Assembly: GCF_001194135.2 (NCBI RefSeq)
Contig: NC_069005.1
Coordinates: forward strand, 8,845,968-8,909,967
Origin: Octopus bimaculoides
Taxonomy: Eukaryota
Reading direction: 5' to 3'
Length of the DNA: 64,000 bases
Shown: piece after piece, positions 12,216 to 25,050 of the stretch
How the letters are laid out: every line of letters begins with the position of its first letter
Numbering within the stretch: position 1 is the stretch's first letter
Notes under the pieces: generated by a model
Database searches by the model: none
Told to the model about the DNA's origin: nothing
Seen by the model: the letters and a program-made list of their open reading frames with translations, nothing else
Translations under genes and position numbers: made by a program

Positions 12216-12989
12216 NNNNNNNNNNNNNNNNNNNNNNNNNNNNNNNNNNNNNNNNNNNNNNNNNNNNNNNNNNNNNNNNNNNNNNNNNNNNNNNNNNNNN
12301 NNNNNNNNNNNNNNNNNNNNNNNNNNNNNNNNNNNNNNNNNNNNNNNNNNNNNNNNNNNNNNNNNNNNNNNNNNNNNNNNNNNNNNNNNNNNNNNNNNNN
12401 NNNNNNNNNNNNNNNNNNNNNNNNNNNNNNNNNNNNNNNNNNNNNNNNNNNNNNNNNNNNNNNNNNNNNNNNNNNNNNNNNNNNNNNNNNNNNNNNNNNN
12501 NNNNNNNNNNNNNNNNNNNNNNNNNNNNNNNNNNNNNNNNNNNNNNNNNNNNNNNNNNNNNNNNNNNNNNNNNNNNNNNNNNNNNNNNNNNNNNNNNNNN
12601 NNNNNNNNNNNNNNNNNNNNNNNNNNNNNNNNNNNNNNNNNNNNNNNNNNNNNNNNNNNNNNNNNNNNNNNNNNNNNNNNNNNNNNNNNNNNNNNNNNNN
12701 NNNNNNNNNNNNNNNNNNNNNNNNNNNNNNNNNNNNNNNNNNNNNNNNNNNNNNNNNNNNNNNNNNNNNNNNNNNNNNNNNNNNNNNNNNNNNNNNNNNN
12801 NNNNNNNNNNNNNNNNNNNNNNNNNNNNNNNNNNNNATATATATATATATATATATATATATAGATATATATTATTGATAGAAAAGGTAAGACAGCAAAA
12901 GAAAGAAAGAGATCTCAATATTATGTAAATAGAGGAATTTATCTGTAAATATGTGACAATTATTCGGAAGCCATGGTAAAACTCCAAGT

Positions 12990-13380
12990 GAAATTGTGGT
13001 CATGGCTGATGCTACTGTCATATAACTGGCACCCATGTCAGTGGCACGTAAAAAGTGCCCTTCAAATGTTGAGCCTCACTGAGACAGTGACAAGTGACTG
13101 AGACCAATGGCGATATGCTGTGCTTGAGAAGACCTGTCAAGCCAAGTGAGATCATCATCATAATGGCCAATACCAGTGTTATGTAACTGGCACACAAAAA
13201 GCATGAATTACACTCGTGGAGGGGTTGGCATTAAGAAGGGTTTTCAGATAGAAACTGTGCCAAATCAGACTGGAACCTGACACAGCACCCCACCCCCCTC
13301 ATCACCAGCTTATTGGTTTTCAGTCAAACCGTCCAACCCACGCTGGCATGGAAAACAGATGTTAAATGATGATGATGATG
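12990..13380 (+). mobile_element. RTE LINE ORF end plus 3' UTR with (GAT)n tail
   Basis: Encodes LQMLSLTETVTSD*DQWRYAVLEKTCQAK* (about 13062-13150), then the UTR ...gtccaacccacgctggcatggaaaacagatgttaaatgatgatg. This copy links the dispersed UTR repeat to the RTE ORF. Confidence 0.75.
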
Positions 13381-13394
13381 ATATATATATTCGA

Positions 13395-13500
13395 GGCTTC
13401 AATGAAGCTATAAGATGTTATTCAGAATCTCAACTATGAATCCACTGCATCTCCTAGCAGAAACAGCTATAAGCAAATGAAGTTCATAATCATTCATTCG
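13395..13500 (+). repeat. Short repeat with GAAACAGCT(G/A)TA motif, possibly a Penelope-type terminal repeat
   Basis: Homologous to 46590-46692 on the minus strand: ggcttcaa.gaag.ta.aagatgtt...gcagaaacagct.taagc.aatgaagt. Confidence 0.5.
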
Positions 13501-14096
13501 TTTTTGTCGTTTCATTCTCGTACGCATATACGTATAGATTTATACAGACAAGCATACACAGTCATGCATTCATTTGTATTGATTCAATGCTCAATGTTGG
13601 AAATTGTTGTTAATTATTGCTGTGGCTTATTTGTTAATTCTCCTTATTTTGGCAATGGACATGTAAATTTGATGGTCGTCTGCCATAGACCTTTAAATTT
13701 TGGGGTTTGTTTCTTTATCTTGTGTTTCTTGTTCCTGTATGGAATTGGTAATAAAAAGATCACTTTATATAAATACATTTGCTGTATGGGTGATTGCTTG
13801 TGTGTGTCTGTGTTTTATGTGTATATGGGAGTTACATGTGTATTTGGGCAAGTATGTTTGAAGGAAGAGCAAGTGGTACTGGCACTGCACCAGCCGTGCA
13901 CAGCATAACAATATTCTTCATGTTGTTGTTCAGCAAACCAAGACACCAGCATCAACATCATCGCACTTTCTTCAAAAGCATTCAACCTAGAACAATGTAC
14001 AGCTGTATCTTGTTGAACCGTCATTCTTTTGAAGTTATATATACATATTTGTATATTCATCTTTGCACATGTGTGTGTAATTATAATATATATATG

Positions 14097-14370
14097 TCAT
14101 CATCATCGTCATTTAACATCCACTTTCCATGCTAGCATGGGTTGGACGATTTGATTAAGGACTGGCGAACCAGATGGCTGCACCAGGCTCCAATCTGATT
14201 TGGCAGAGTTTCTACAGCTGGATGCCCCTCCTAACGCCAACCACTCCGAGAGTGTAGTGGGTGCTTTTACGTGCCACCGGCACGAGGGCCAGTCTGGCGG
14301 TACTGGCAACGGCCACACTCAAATGGTGTTTTTTACATGCCACCTGCACAGGAGTCAGTCCAGGGGCACT
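14097..14370 (-). mobile_element. RTE LINE 3' UTR, young copy; 5' part lost in gap
   Basis: CpG-rich, highly similar to 61454-61779; (cat)n tail and ccatgctagcatgg palindrome near the 3' end. Confidence 0.85.
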
Positions 14371-15130
14371 ATATATATATATATATATATATANNNNNNN
14401 NNNNNNNNNNNNNNNNNNNNNNNNNNNNNNNNNNNNNNNNNNNNNNNNNNNNNNNNNNNNNNNNNNNNNNNNNNNNNNNNNNNNNNNNNNNNNNNNNNNN
14501 NNNNNNNNNNNNNNNNNNNNNNNNNNNNNNNNNNNNNNNNNNNNNNNNNNNNNNNNNNNNNNNNNNNNNNNNNNNNNNNNNNNNNNNNNNNNNNNNNNNN
14601 NNNNNNNNNNNNNNNNNNNNNNNNNNNNNNNNNNNNNNNNNNNNNNNNNNNNNNNNNNNNNNNNNNNNNNNNNNNNNNNNNNNNNNNNNNNNNNNNNNNN
14701 NNNNNNNNNNNNNNNNNNNNNNNNNNNNNNNNNNNNNNNNNNNNNNNNNNNNNNNNNNNNNNNNNNNNNNNNNNNNNNNNNNNNNNNNNNNNNNNNNNNN
14801 NNNNNNNNNNNNNNNNNNNNNNNNNNNNNNNNNNNNNNNNNNNNNNNNNNNNNNNNNNNNNNNNNNNNNNNNNNNNNNNNNNNNNNNNNNNNNNNNNNNN
14901 NNNNNNNNNNNNNNNNNNNNNNNNNNNNNNNNNNNNNNNNNNNNNNNNNNNNNNNNNNNNNNNNNNNNNNNNNNNNNNNNNNNNNNNNNNNNNNNNNNNN
15001 NNNNNNNNNNNNNNNNNTATATATATGTGTGTGTGTGTGCATGCATGTCTGTGTGCGTGATGCATCTGATACAATAAGCTCATTTTTGTTATCAATATAT
15101 ACATAAATACACACATACATTTATACACAA

Positions 15131-15183
<53 letters not shown>

Positions 15184-15223
15184 TTCATGCATAAATATAT
15201 ATGTATGTATGTATGTATGTATA

Positions 15224-15268
<45 letters not shown>

Positions 15269-15464
15269 GAATAAAAGATATAAACAGGCAGTCAACAAGT
15301 ATCGAGTCAGTTTATAGCATATCTATACTTACGTAACATATTGAAGAGAAATGCAAATATACATAACGGAGTATATATAGCAAGAAGCCAGAAAAATTAC
15401 CGAGTGTAGATCGATGGCGTTACAGGTAAAAACTTAGAAATGATAGAAAATAGTTGTACAGGTA

Positions 15465-15730
15465 GTTCTTTACTGCTGTTGTGGCTAACTCTTACATTAA
15501 TGACATTACCCCTGAACATGGCCTGTACTGCTTTCACAAGCCATTCATATCCTCAGCTTTCCTAGAGACCCACTATGTCACCGAGGTACTCTGTTGAAGT
15601 ATTTCTCTGTATCAATAAATGCCAAGTAAAATAGTTTGGTCTTAGCAAAACACTTCTCTTGTGGTGCTCCTTCCCAGCACAAAGCCAAACTGCGTTTCAT
15701 CTAGTCTGTTCCTATTTCCCTAAAATTTCT
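15465..15730 (-). mobile_element. RTE RT fragment
   Basis: Minus strand reads RLDETQFGFVLGRSTT / EKCFAKTKLFYLAFIDTEKYFNRVPR; homologous to 52320-52560. Confidence 0.75.
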
Positions 15731-15825
15731 AACTTCACAATTGCACTGGCTTCTTCCCCCCACATCATCCCCTTAAAAACCTCTCACCCCTACCTATATA
15801 CACACATAATGTATTTTGTCTATAT

Positions 15826-16397
15826 ATGGGGGTTGGACAAAATAATGGAGACACCTTAAAATTTCAAACAAATTTATTTTAATATTGGGCAGGACCAGCT
15901 TTGGCAGTAATTAGAGGTTGAATTCTATGAGGTATGGACTCGTACAAAGTTTGAATTGTTTCCAAAGGAATTTTTGTCCAGTCTTCAGTTCTTGTAGTGA
16001 TGATGGTCGAGGATATCAACTCCTTACTTGTTTTTCTAAAATGCACTATAAATGTTCAATAATATTGAGATCTAGGGACTGTGGTGGCCATTCAGTAACA
16101 ACTTTAGTGGTGAGAATTGGTGCATCATCATCCTGAAAGATTGTGTTTCCTTCTGGAAACAGTTCTGCAACCACAGGATGAATTTGATCAGATAAAATGC
16201 TTAAACTGTCTTGACTATTAATTCTGCCATGAAGGGAAACCATTGGGTCGGCGGATTTCCAAGATATAGCCCCTCCAGATCATCACAGATCCTCCTCCAT
16301 GTTTAACAGTTGGAAGAAGGCAGTCTGGGTCAAATGCTTCTTTTGGCTGTCTCCACATGTATACTCGGCTGGTGGTCAGAAAGAAGGTAAAGGATGG
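15826..16397 (-). mobile_element. Tc1-family transposon 3' half (same family as 37959-39180)
   Basis: TIR ggggttggacaaaataatggagacacc after a TA run; encodes WRQPKEAFDPDCLLPTVKHGGGSVMIW and FQDDDAP..WPPQSLDLNIIEHL. Confidence 0.9.
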
Positions 16398-16570
16398 TGT
16401 TGGTGTATTAACATCCTTGTAACTTAGCAGTTCAGCAAAAGAGACTGACAGAATAAGTACTGGGCTTAAAGAATAAGTCCTGGGATTGATTTGTTCGACT
16501 AAAACTATTTAAGGCAGTGCTCCAGCATGGCCACAGTCAAATGTTTGAAATGAGTAAAGGAATAAGAATA
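16398..16570 (+). mobile_element. SINE-A 3' half
   Basis: ggtgttggtgtattaacatccttgtaacttagcagttc...aaggcagtgctccagcatggccacagtcaaatg. Confidence 0.8.
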
Positions 16571-17337
16571 AAAGAAGAATTAAAGTCCTTAATTAAAGAA
16601 TTAAATTATGCTTGCTTAATGTGCTAGAAATAGCAGATTCTACTATGTTTAAAAAAATAGTGGGAAGGACACCTCGAACACTGTAGTCATTGTAGTAGAA
16701 AAAGATGACAGGGTCATGGCTGGAATGCTTTTCGTCATAGTTCTATCCAATCACGATTGTATTGTAGGTGGTAAGACAGGATTGGAAGTGTGCAAAGACA
16801 TGTTGAAATCTCAGTGTTTAATTGTTTGAATCTTGTGTGTTTCCAACTCACGCCCACAGCTTAATAAACAATGTTGGCAACTGTTTTATAATTAAAGGGG
16901 AATTTTGTATGGCTCCCAAGAATTCTTTGAAGCCAGTTAAAACTTGGAGTGTGTTTGAGACTCTAGGGAGATTTTTCTTCTATCTTGCTCTCTAATATTA
17001 TCAAGAAGCAGCACCGTGTAATTTCTGCCTATGACAGTCCATTAGTCCTCGATAATGAAGTTTCTCATGGTCAGTAGAAAAACAAAATTAACTCTTTTAA
17101 TGAGATATAGTGAATTGCTGAGAGCACCGTTGGCGTCACTGGCTGTTAATTTTCTGGTGATGTCAGAACAGTTCTGAGTAATTCCCCCAAGGTTTCAAAT
17201 CACAGTTGTATTTGGGTTGTTTACGATTAAGTTCTTTTAATAATTTACTTTAGTTAAAGCTGGAGCACAACCACTGCTGTTTATTTTTTTTTTCCTTCTG
17301 TATCTATTTTTTTATTCATGTCATCGTCATCATAATT

Positions 17338-17545
17338 ATTGCTGGCAGAATTGTTAGCACACCAGGCGAAATGCTTCATCAATCATTACATTCAGAGTTC
17401 AAATTCTGCCAAGGTTGATTTTGCCTTTCATCCTCTTGTGATCAATGAAATAAGCACTGGTTATGAACTGATGTCGATGCAATTGACTGGCCCCCTCCCC
17501 TACAATTTCAGGCCTTGTACTTATAGTAGAAAGAATTATTATTAT
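17338..17545 (+). mobile_element. SINE-C
   Basis: gctggcagaattgttagcacaccaggcgaaatgc...gagttcaaattctgcc...gcctttcatcct...(att)n. Confidence 0.75.
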
Positions 17546-17552
17546 TATTGCT

Positions 17553-17890
17553 GAGACCCCCTTCGGTCATGAGTGACCATGGGATTGTACCTAGAAAGTT
17601 ACCCTCCCATGCACAAGTCCGGGCAAGGTTGTTTATAGAAAACCAGCAGTCGCCCATGCATGCTGGCCTCCCCTCTCCATGCCGCCAGTATTATCCAAGG
17701 GAAAGGCAAAGGGGCCAATGCAGCTTGGCACCTGTGACGTTGCAACTCATTTCTACAGCTGAGCGAACTGGAGCAATGTGAAATAAAGTGCCTTGCTCAA
17801 GAACATTACACGCAGCCCGGGCCGGGATTTGAACTCACAACCTTGCGATCGTAAGCTCGATGCTTTAAACACTGAGCCATGTGCCTTCAC
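17553..17890 (-). mobile_element. SINE-B2 (tRNA plus CORE-like head, different 3' body from B1)
   Basis: Minus strand reads gtgaaggcacatggctcagtgtttaaagc...gagttcaaatccc...ttgagcaaggcacttta...catgaccgaagggggtctc; A and B boxes are clear. Confidence 0.8.
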
Positions 17891-17951
17891 AATATTATCA
17901 TTATAATAATAATAATTATTATTATTATTACTATTATTAATAATAATATTG

Positions 17952-18095
17952 TTAAGGCTGCAAGCTGGTAGAATCGTTAGCATGCCATGCAAAATTTTGC
18001 CTGTTGCTACATTTTGAGTTCAAATTCCATTCATCCTTTTGGGGTCGATAAATTAAGTACCAGTGAAACACTGGAATTGATGTAATCAACTAGCC
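17952..18095 (+). mobile_element. SINE-C, internally deleted
   Basis: gctggtagaatcgttagc...gagttcaaattcc...ttcatccttttggggtcgataaattaagtaccag. Confidence 0.75.
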
Positions 18096-19087
18096 TGCAC
18101 ATTATTGCCCTCTATCAGATTCCCAGACACAGTGTTTCTATCTCTTTAGCTATTATCAATGAGAAATACTGAAGAGAGGTAACTCTGGGCAGATTTTAAA
18201 GCTATAGCTTTACCTAAAAAGCAATCAGCAACATTGATTGTTTCTTAGTTGAAACTATGGCTTTAAATCTGACCAATGTTACTTGTTTTTGGTATTTCCC
18301 ATTGAGGAAAGCTAAATAGTCAGAAACACTGCATCTAGTAATCTGATACAGGGAAACACTGGGCAGATAGAATGTTTTTTACATCTTTTACAGGAAGAAA
18401 GAATTTTTTCTTCTCAGTAACAGCAGTGAATTTGTTTTTAAAAGTTGAAATAAGTCACAAACGTATTTTAACTAACTTTAAGTTCACACATATATAAACA
18501 TATCTTTACTGTTACATGTATGCACTAAAAGTTTTTTTTTTTGCTTACCAATCTACATATAAATCTGTGTGTGTAGGTCAGCAAAAGCCTTTTAATACGC
18601 GTAGGTGTTTATATAGATATGGACATATATATATATGTGTGTGTGTGTATGCACACACATATACATTCAAACATGTATATACAGAGGATACACTTGCATA
18701 TGTGTGTGTGTATTTGTATGTATGTATACATAGACACACACACATATGTAAGTATGTGTGTATGTACGTATGTATTTAAAGACATGTGTATGTATAAAAA
18801 TGTTAATTATATTTTCATAATGGTTCAACACAGCGAAAAACTAATCTAGCATTTCTTTTGTTCTTGTCCTCATAGATTGATAATAACTTTAAGCATTTGT
18901 TAGCAGCGGTAACAACAACAGCAATATCTATTTGGTTTATTTTGTTGTTATTGTTGATCTTCTTCTTCTTCTTCTCGAGTGGGTTTGTGTGACTTCCACC
19001 CTCTCTTTCCCATCTTCATGTTTAGTTTCTTTCTGTCATTGAAGTAGCTATTAATGAAATATGCCTCCCACTCTTGTTTATATGCAC

Positions 19088-19137
<50 letters not shown>

Positions 19138-19872
19138 NNNNNNNNNNNNNNNNNNNNNNNNNNNNNNNNNNNNNNNNNNNNNNNNNNNNNNNNNNNNNNN
19201 NNNNNNNNNNNNNNNNNNNNNNNNNNNNNNNNNNNNNNNNNNNNNNNNNNNNNNNNNNNNNNNNNNNNNNNNNNNNNNNNNNNNNNNNNNNNNNNNNNNN
19301 NNNNNNNNNNNNNNNNNNNNNNNNNNNNNNNNNNNNNNNNNNNNNNNNNNNNNNNNNNNNNNNNNNNNNNNNNNNNNNNNNNNNNNNNNNNNNNNNNNNN
19401 NNNNNNNNNNNNNNNNNNNNNNNNNNNNNNNNNNNNNNNNNNNNNNNNNNNNNNNNNNNNNNNNNNNNNNNNNNNNNNNNNNNNNNNNNNNNNNNNNNNN
19501 NNNNNNNNNNNNNNNNNNNNNNNNNNNNNNNNNNNNNNNNNNNNNNNNNNNNNNNNNNNNNNNNNNNNNNNNNNNNNNNNNNNNNNNNNNNNNNNNNNNN
19601 NNNNNNNNNNNNNNNNNNNNNNNNNNNNNNNNNNNNNNNNNNNNNNNNNNNNNNNNNNNNNNNNNNNNNNNNNNNNNNNNNNNNNNNNNNNNNNNNNNNN
19701 NNNNNNNNNNNNNNNNNNNNNNNNNNNNNNNNNNNNNNNNNNNNNNNNNNNNNNNNNNNNNNNNNNNNNNNNNNNNNNNNNNNNNNNNNNNNNNNNNNNN
19801 NNNNNNNNNNNNNNNNNNNNNNNNNNNNNNNNNNNNNNNNNNNNNNNNNNNNNNNNNNNNNNNNNNNNNNNN

Positions 19873-19943
<71 letters not shown>

Positions 19944-20256
19944 CTGTGAAGTTGATTTGTGTAGGCAGCAAGAAATGAAAAGGAAAGATAAAAGTCACCA
20001 TTCAAGCATTGTTTCCAAGAATGAAACTCTGAAAGAAAAATAATTCTCTAAGAAACATAATGTAAGAGACGAAGAGACCAACACATTGTCTTTAGGCTGT
20101 TATTGTTGTTTCATCTCATGTCTTCTCTGATCCTGCAAATAAAACATGTTCCAGATGTGACCACACTGTTCTTTTTCTTACACCTGGTGTCATGTACACA
20201 GAAATTTGACTGCCTCTTCTAGCATGTTGAGCAACTGCATATGGGTTCTTTTAGAG

Positions 20257-20326
20257 CACGGGTTCCCAACTGGGGTCTATATGACCCTTGGGGGTCCATA
20301 TTAGATTTTGTTGTTAAAATTTATGG
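20257..20326. mobile_element. hAT/Charlie-type MITE end
   Basis: cacgggttcccaactggggtctatatgacccttgggggtccata is a typical hAT-MITE terminus with subterminal repeats; interrupted by a SINE-A head. Confidence 0.5.
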
Positions 20327-20597
20327 TAAGAAGTTTGCTCCCCAACCACATGGTTCTGGGGTTCAGTCTCACTGGTCTTCAGCTTTTGTAGAGTACAGGG
20401 CTCCACTGACAATTCTCTAAAGTGATCCCATACTTCCCAGCACTGGCCCTGTCTCTACTTGATCTTCTAGAAAAGGAAGTTAAATCTCTCTTTAAATCAT
20501 GTTTTACCTATCACAAGGGTATGGTACATCACATGATATTTTTTTTTTAAGTATACAGTTTAGGAAAAAAACTAATGTGCTGAATTGACTGTCATTA

Positions 20598-20750
20598 AAC
20601 GTTCAGCTGGTATTTTTTTTTTAATCGACCCTGAAAGAATGAAAGATTAAGTCGACCTTGGCAGAACTTGAACTCAGAATGTAAAAATGGATGAAATATC
20701 ACTAAGCATTTTGTCCAGTCTGCTCGTGATTCTGCCAGCTCACTGCCTTA
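20598..20750 (-). mobile_element. SINE-C
   Basis: Reverse complement of ggcagtgagctggcagaatc...ctgagttcaagttctgccaaggtcgac. Confidence 0.75.
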
Positions 20751-20999
20751 ATAACAACAACAACAACAACAACAATAATAATAATAATAATTCTACCTAA
20801 TTTTTTGCAAAAGGCCAGCGGATTTAAGGGGAGAGAGCAAGTCAATTTACATTGATAATAATAATTCTTTCTTCGGTTGGATGAATTCTGTTGAGATAGT
20901 TTTATGCTTTAATGATCATCCAGTAATTGTTGCTGTTGATTCAGCCCCAGGTCAGCCCAGATCAAGCAGACCTATGATTAAAGGTATCCCATTTGAGAC

Positions 21000-21142
21000 G
21001 ATCCTGTCTCTCGGTGTCACATCATCTATCTGTCATTCATTTTCTCTCTTTCCTGCCTACGTTCTCTCTCTCTCCTCTATCGGGTCTTTCTGTCATTCAA
21101 TTTCTCTATATTATTCTGTCTGTCTGTTTGTCTCTCATTCTA

Positions 21143-21180
<38 letters not shown>

Positions 21181-21560
21181 ATTCTCCCTCTTTCTCACTT
21201 TCTCTTTCTTGCTCATCCCATTTCTTAGTTCTCCTTCTCAATCCACTTCTATCACACTCCCCCTCTCTTGCTCCCTCCCTCCTCTCTCAGCCCCTTTTTC
21301 ACTCACTTTTCCTTCTCTCACTTTCTCTCTATCACTTCCCTATCTATCTGCCACTCTCTCCTCTCTCTCTATCATTACCTCTCTTTTTCTCAACGCCCCC
21401 TCCTTATTTCTCATGCCTTCTTCACTTCTTCAGTCTCATATTTTTTACTCCTAACGCAATCCTTACCTGTCTTTCTTACTCTCTCTTCTCTCATTACTTC
21501 ACACACACACACACTTTTTTTTAATCTATTTCTCTTCACTTTCACTTTCAATATCTTTTC
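21000..21560. repeat. Degenerate (CT)n polypyrimidine tract; the complementary (GA)n-type tract lies at 49200-49590
   Basis: Direct inspection. Confidence 0.85.
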
Positions 21561-21934
21561 TTAACTTTAATCCTCTCCAAATCCTTTACAACCTCTCTCC
21601 CCTATTATTTTCACCAATTCCTTTGTCCCCTTCATCAACCCATATCATAAACCTTTCCCTGATTCTATGTCTATCAGTTTCATGTGTTGCTAATTTCCAT
21701 TCTCAATTGCTCTTCCTCTTGTAATGTCAAAGATTTTTTGCGTTTTTATATTTAAAAAAAAATTTTTGGTAAGAATTCTTTTCGCTATCAAAATATATTT
21801 TTCTTATTTTTCAATTTTCATACATTGACAATGAAATATGTTGTGATGTTGAGTATATATATATAAGTGTGTGTGTGTGTATGTGTAGATTATTTTTTTG
21901 TTGTATATACACGTATATGAGAAGCAATATTTTG

Positions 21935-21982
<48 letters not shown>

Positions 21983-23094
21983 NNNNNNNNNNNNNNNNNN
22001 NNNNNNNNNNNNNNNNNNNNNNNNNNNNNNNNNNNNNNNNNNNNNNNNNNNNNNNNNNNNNNNNNNNNNNNNNNNNNNNNNNNNNNNNNNNNNNNNNNNN
22101 NNNNNNNNNNNNNNNNNNNNNNNNNNNNNNNNNNNNNNNNNNNNNNNNNNNNNNNNNNNNNNNNNNNNNNNNNNNNNNNNNNNNNNNNNNNNNNNNNNNN
22201 NNNNNNNNNNNNNNNNNNNNNNNNNNNNNNNNNNNNNNNNNNNNNNNNNNNNNNNNNNNNNNNNNNNNNNNNNNNNNNNNNNNNNNNNNNNNNNNNNNNN
22301 NNNNNNNNNNNNNNNNNNNNNNNNNNNNTATATATATATATATATAGAGATATATACATATATATATAGATATAGATATATGTGTGTGTGTGTGTGTGTG
22401 TTTTTACCTACATCTGTGTGTGTGTATCTATATATATATACACACACACACATATATAAATTTCCCATTCTAACTTTGAATTCTATAATCTCCTTTAATG
22501 TCTGTGTGTGTGCCTTCCTGATAAGAACACCACCATCACCATCACCACCACCACCTCACCTCAGTGTACATAGCTTTCTTAGCATTTTTTATTGTTTTTT
22601 TCCTCTGTAGAAAATGATAGATACTATATATCACTTCCCTATGTGATATCATTCCACTCCTCGTACCCCTCACATTCCACTCCTCCTTTCTCGATATCGG
22701 CTTCCTCTTCCCTTTTATGAAACACACCACACCCTCATCACCTTTCATTACTTCTTTCTTCTTTTTCCCCCCTACCTCGCCCTTCTCCTCCCCGTTTCTC
22801 TTCTTGTGGTGCTTACCAGATATTCTATATTTTCTTTTATATAATATACTCAGTTAAATCACGCTATTTCATGTGTGTGTGTGTATATATGTGTGTATGT
22901 TTGTATATATGTATGTATTATATGTATATATATATATATGTGTATGTTTGTATGTGTGTCTTTTTGTATATATATATGTGTGTGTGTGTGTTTGTATGTG
23001 CATGTATATATGTATATATATTTGTATATATGTGTGTACATATATATATGTATTTGTGTGTATATATATATGTATGTGTATGTATATATGTGTG

Positions 23095-23137
<43 letters not shown>

Positions 23138-24447
23138 TTGTGTGTATGTATATATATATATATATGTATATGAATGTGCGTGTGTGTGTGTGTATACACA
23201 CACACACACACACACATATCCTTGGATACATGCAATATCTGCATTAACATACATTTTATGATATGAGTGTCCAGATAACGATATAGGCCTGGGCTGTGGG
23301 CAGTAACTACCATCATTATTTAAAGAATAAAACATTTTTTTAATAGAAATAGAATCATTAAAGAAACAAAAATGCTAAAGAGGAGGGAAAAAATTGTACT
23401 AATAAACAATAGCAGTGCTGTAGCATGGCCACAGCCTTTGGGTTGGAACACGTTAAGGAATAAAGAAATATACAAACACACACATAAAAGCGAATACAAA
23501 ATGTGATATCATCTGAAATGTCTACTCCCCCAAACTCATTTACCTTCCTCCCTAGCATTTGTTCTTCTCTGATGCATTTAAGAATCTCCTTAACTTGTGC
23601 TTATGCTCCACCCTCAAAATCGGAACTATCTTCCAGTGCATAGAAAGGGGTAACATCTTTCTGGTACCCCACCCCCACCCCCTCCACAACCGCACAACTC
23701 ATTTCTTTTTATCCCACCCATCTTCTAAACTCCCACCTTCCAAACGTATTGTAGGACACAGGAGCAGTTGTGGTGGTCATGATTATAGTTGCATTAATGG
23801 TATTGTTTCTGTTGCCATTGTTGTGGTGGTGGTAGTGGTGTTGCCATTGCTGTTAGAGGAGCAGAGGTGTGCTGGTGGAAGGGTGGTGATGTGGAGGAGC
23901 AGGTGGGTTGAAAGAATCTGTTCCAAGTTTGTCTGGTCATCGTAACCCCTATTTCAGTCTTTAAGAGAACAAGTTAAATTATAGCTGGGAAATTATATAT
24001 GTATATTAAGATAACGTATGGTGTCACTTTATTTCTGATTATACGTTGTTTAGTTTAAAAAGATGACATCTTACATACAACAGTAAATCAGAAGATTATT
24101 TCAATTTGTTTCATGTCTAAGGCAACTATTTTCAGTGTTGTTTGCTGTTTCCGTTGTATTGTTTTTTTTTTGTTTTTTTTCTTTCCTTTTTTGTTTTTTT
24201 GTCTTTTTTCTTCTTCTTCTCTCTGTTATTTTTGTTGTTATAATCATGTGGTTCCATTACAGAAAACTTGTATAATTTGTGTCAATTTAGCTTTCTGGCA
24301 GATAAAGATTGCAAAGTTATGTATGTATACATCTAGAACAAAATGCACACACATGTATGTATTTATATGAATATTTCTATCTTTTCCATATAGGTCTATA
24401 TATATATATATGGTTATAACTAACTATCTTTTTATCTCATGTGTGTG

Positions 24448-24493
<46 letters not shown>

Positions 24494-24974
24494 NNNNNNN
24501 NNNNNNNNNNNNNNNNNNNNNNNNNNNNNNNNNNNNNNNNNNNNNNNNNNNNNNNNNNNNNNNNNNNNNNNNNNNNNNNNNNNNNNNNNNNNNNNNNNNN
24601 NNNNNNNNNNNNNNNNNNNNNNNNNNNNNNNNNNNNNNNNNNNNNNNNNNNNNNNNNNNNNNNNNNNNNNNNNNNNNNNNNNNNNNNNNNNNNNNNNNNN
24701 NNNNNNNNNNNNNNNNNNNNNNNNNNNNNNNNNNNNNNNNNNNNNNNNNNNNNNNNNNNNNNNNNNNNNNNNNNNNNNNNNNNNNNNNNNNNNNNNNNNN
24801 NNNNNNNNNNNNNNNNNNNNNNNNNNNNNNNNNNNNNNNNNNNNNNNNNNNNNNNNNNNNNNNNNNNNNNNNNNNNNNNNNNNNNNNNNNNNNNNNNNNN
24901 NNNNNNNNNNNNNNNNNNNNNNNNNNNNNNNNNNNNNNNNNNNNNNNNNNNNNNNNNNNNNNNNNNNNNNNNNN

Positions 24975-25050
24975 TACCTCCCCTCTTTCCCCTACCTCCC
25001 CTACCTCCCCTCTTTCCCCTACCTCCCCCTCCCTACCTCCCATCCCCTCC
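24975..25050 (-). repeat. GGGGAGGTA/GGGGAAAGA minisatellite at a gap edge
   Basis: Plus strand tacctcccc/tctttcccc 9-mers repeated. Confidence 0.85.

Noticed and set aside
12865-12985. Possible Penelope-type terminal repeat beside a gap (also 15260-15470, 54000-54140)
   Set aside because: Single copies in this window with no ribozyme core or ORF to confirm identity
23490-23970. Possible minus-strand exon with good-looking splice sites
   Set aside because: All three frames stop within the segment and the middle is low-complexity; could only be UTR, with no supporting evidence
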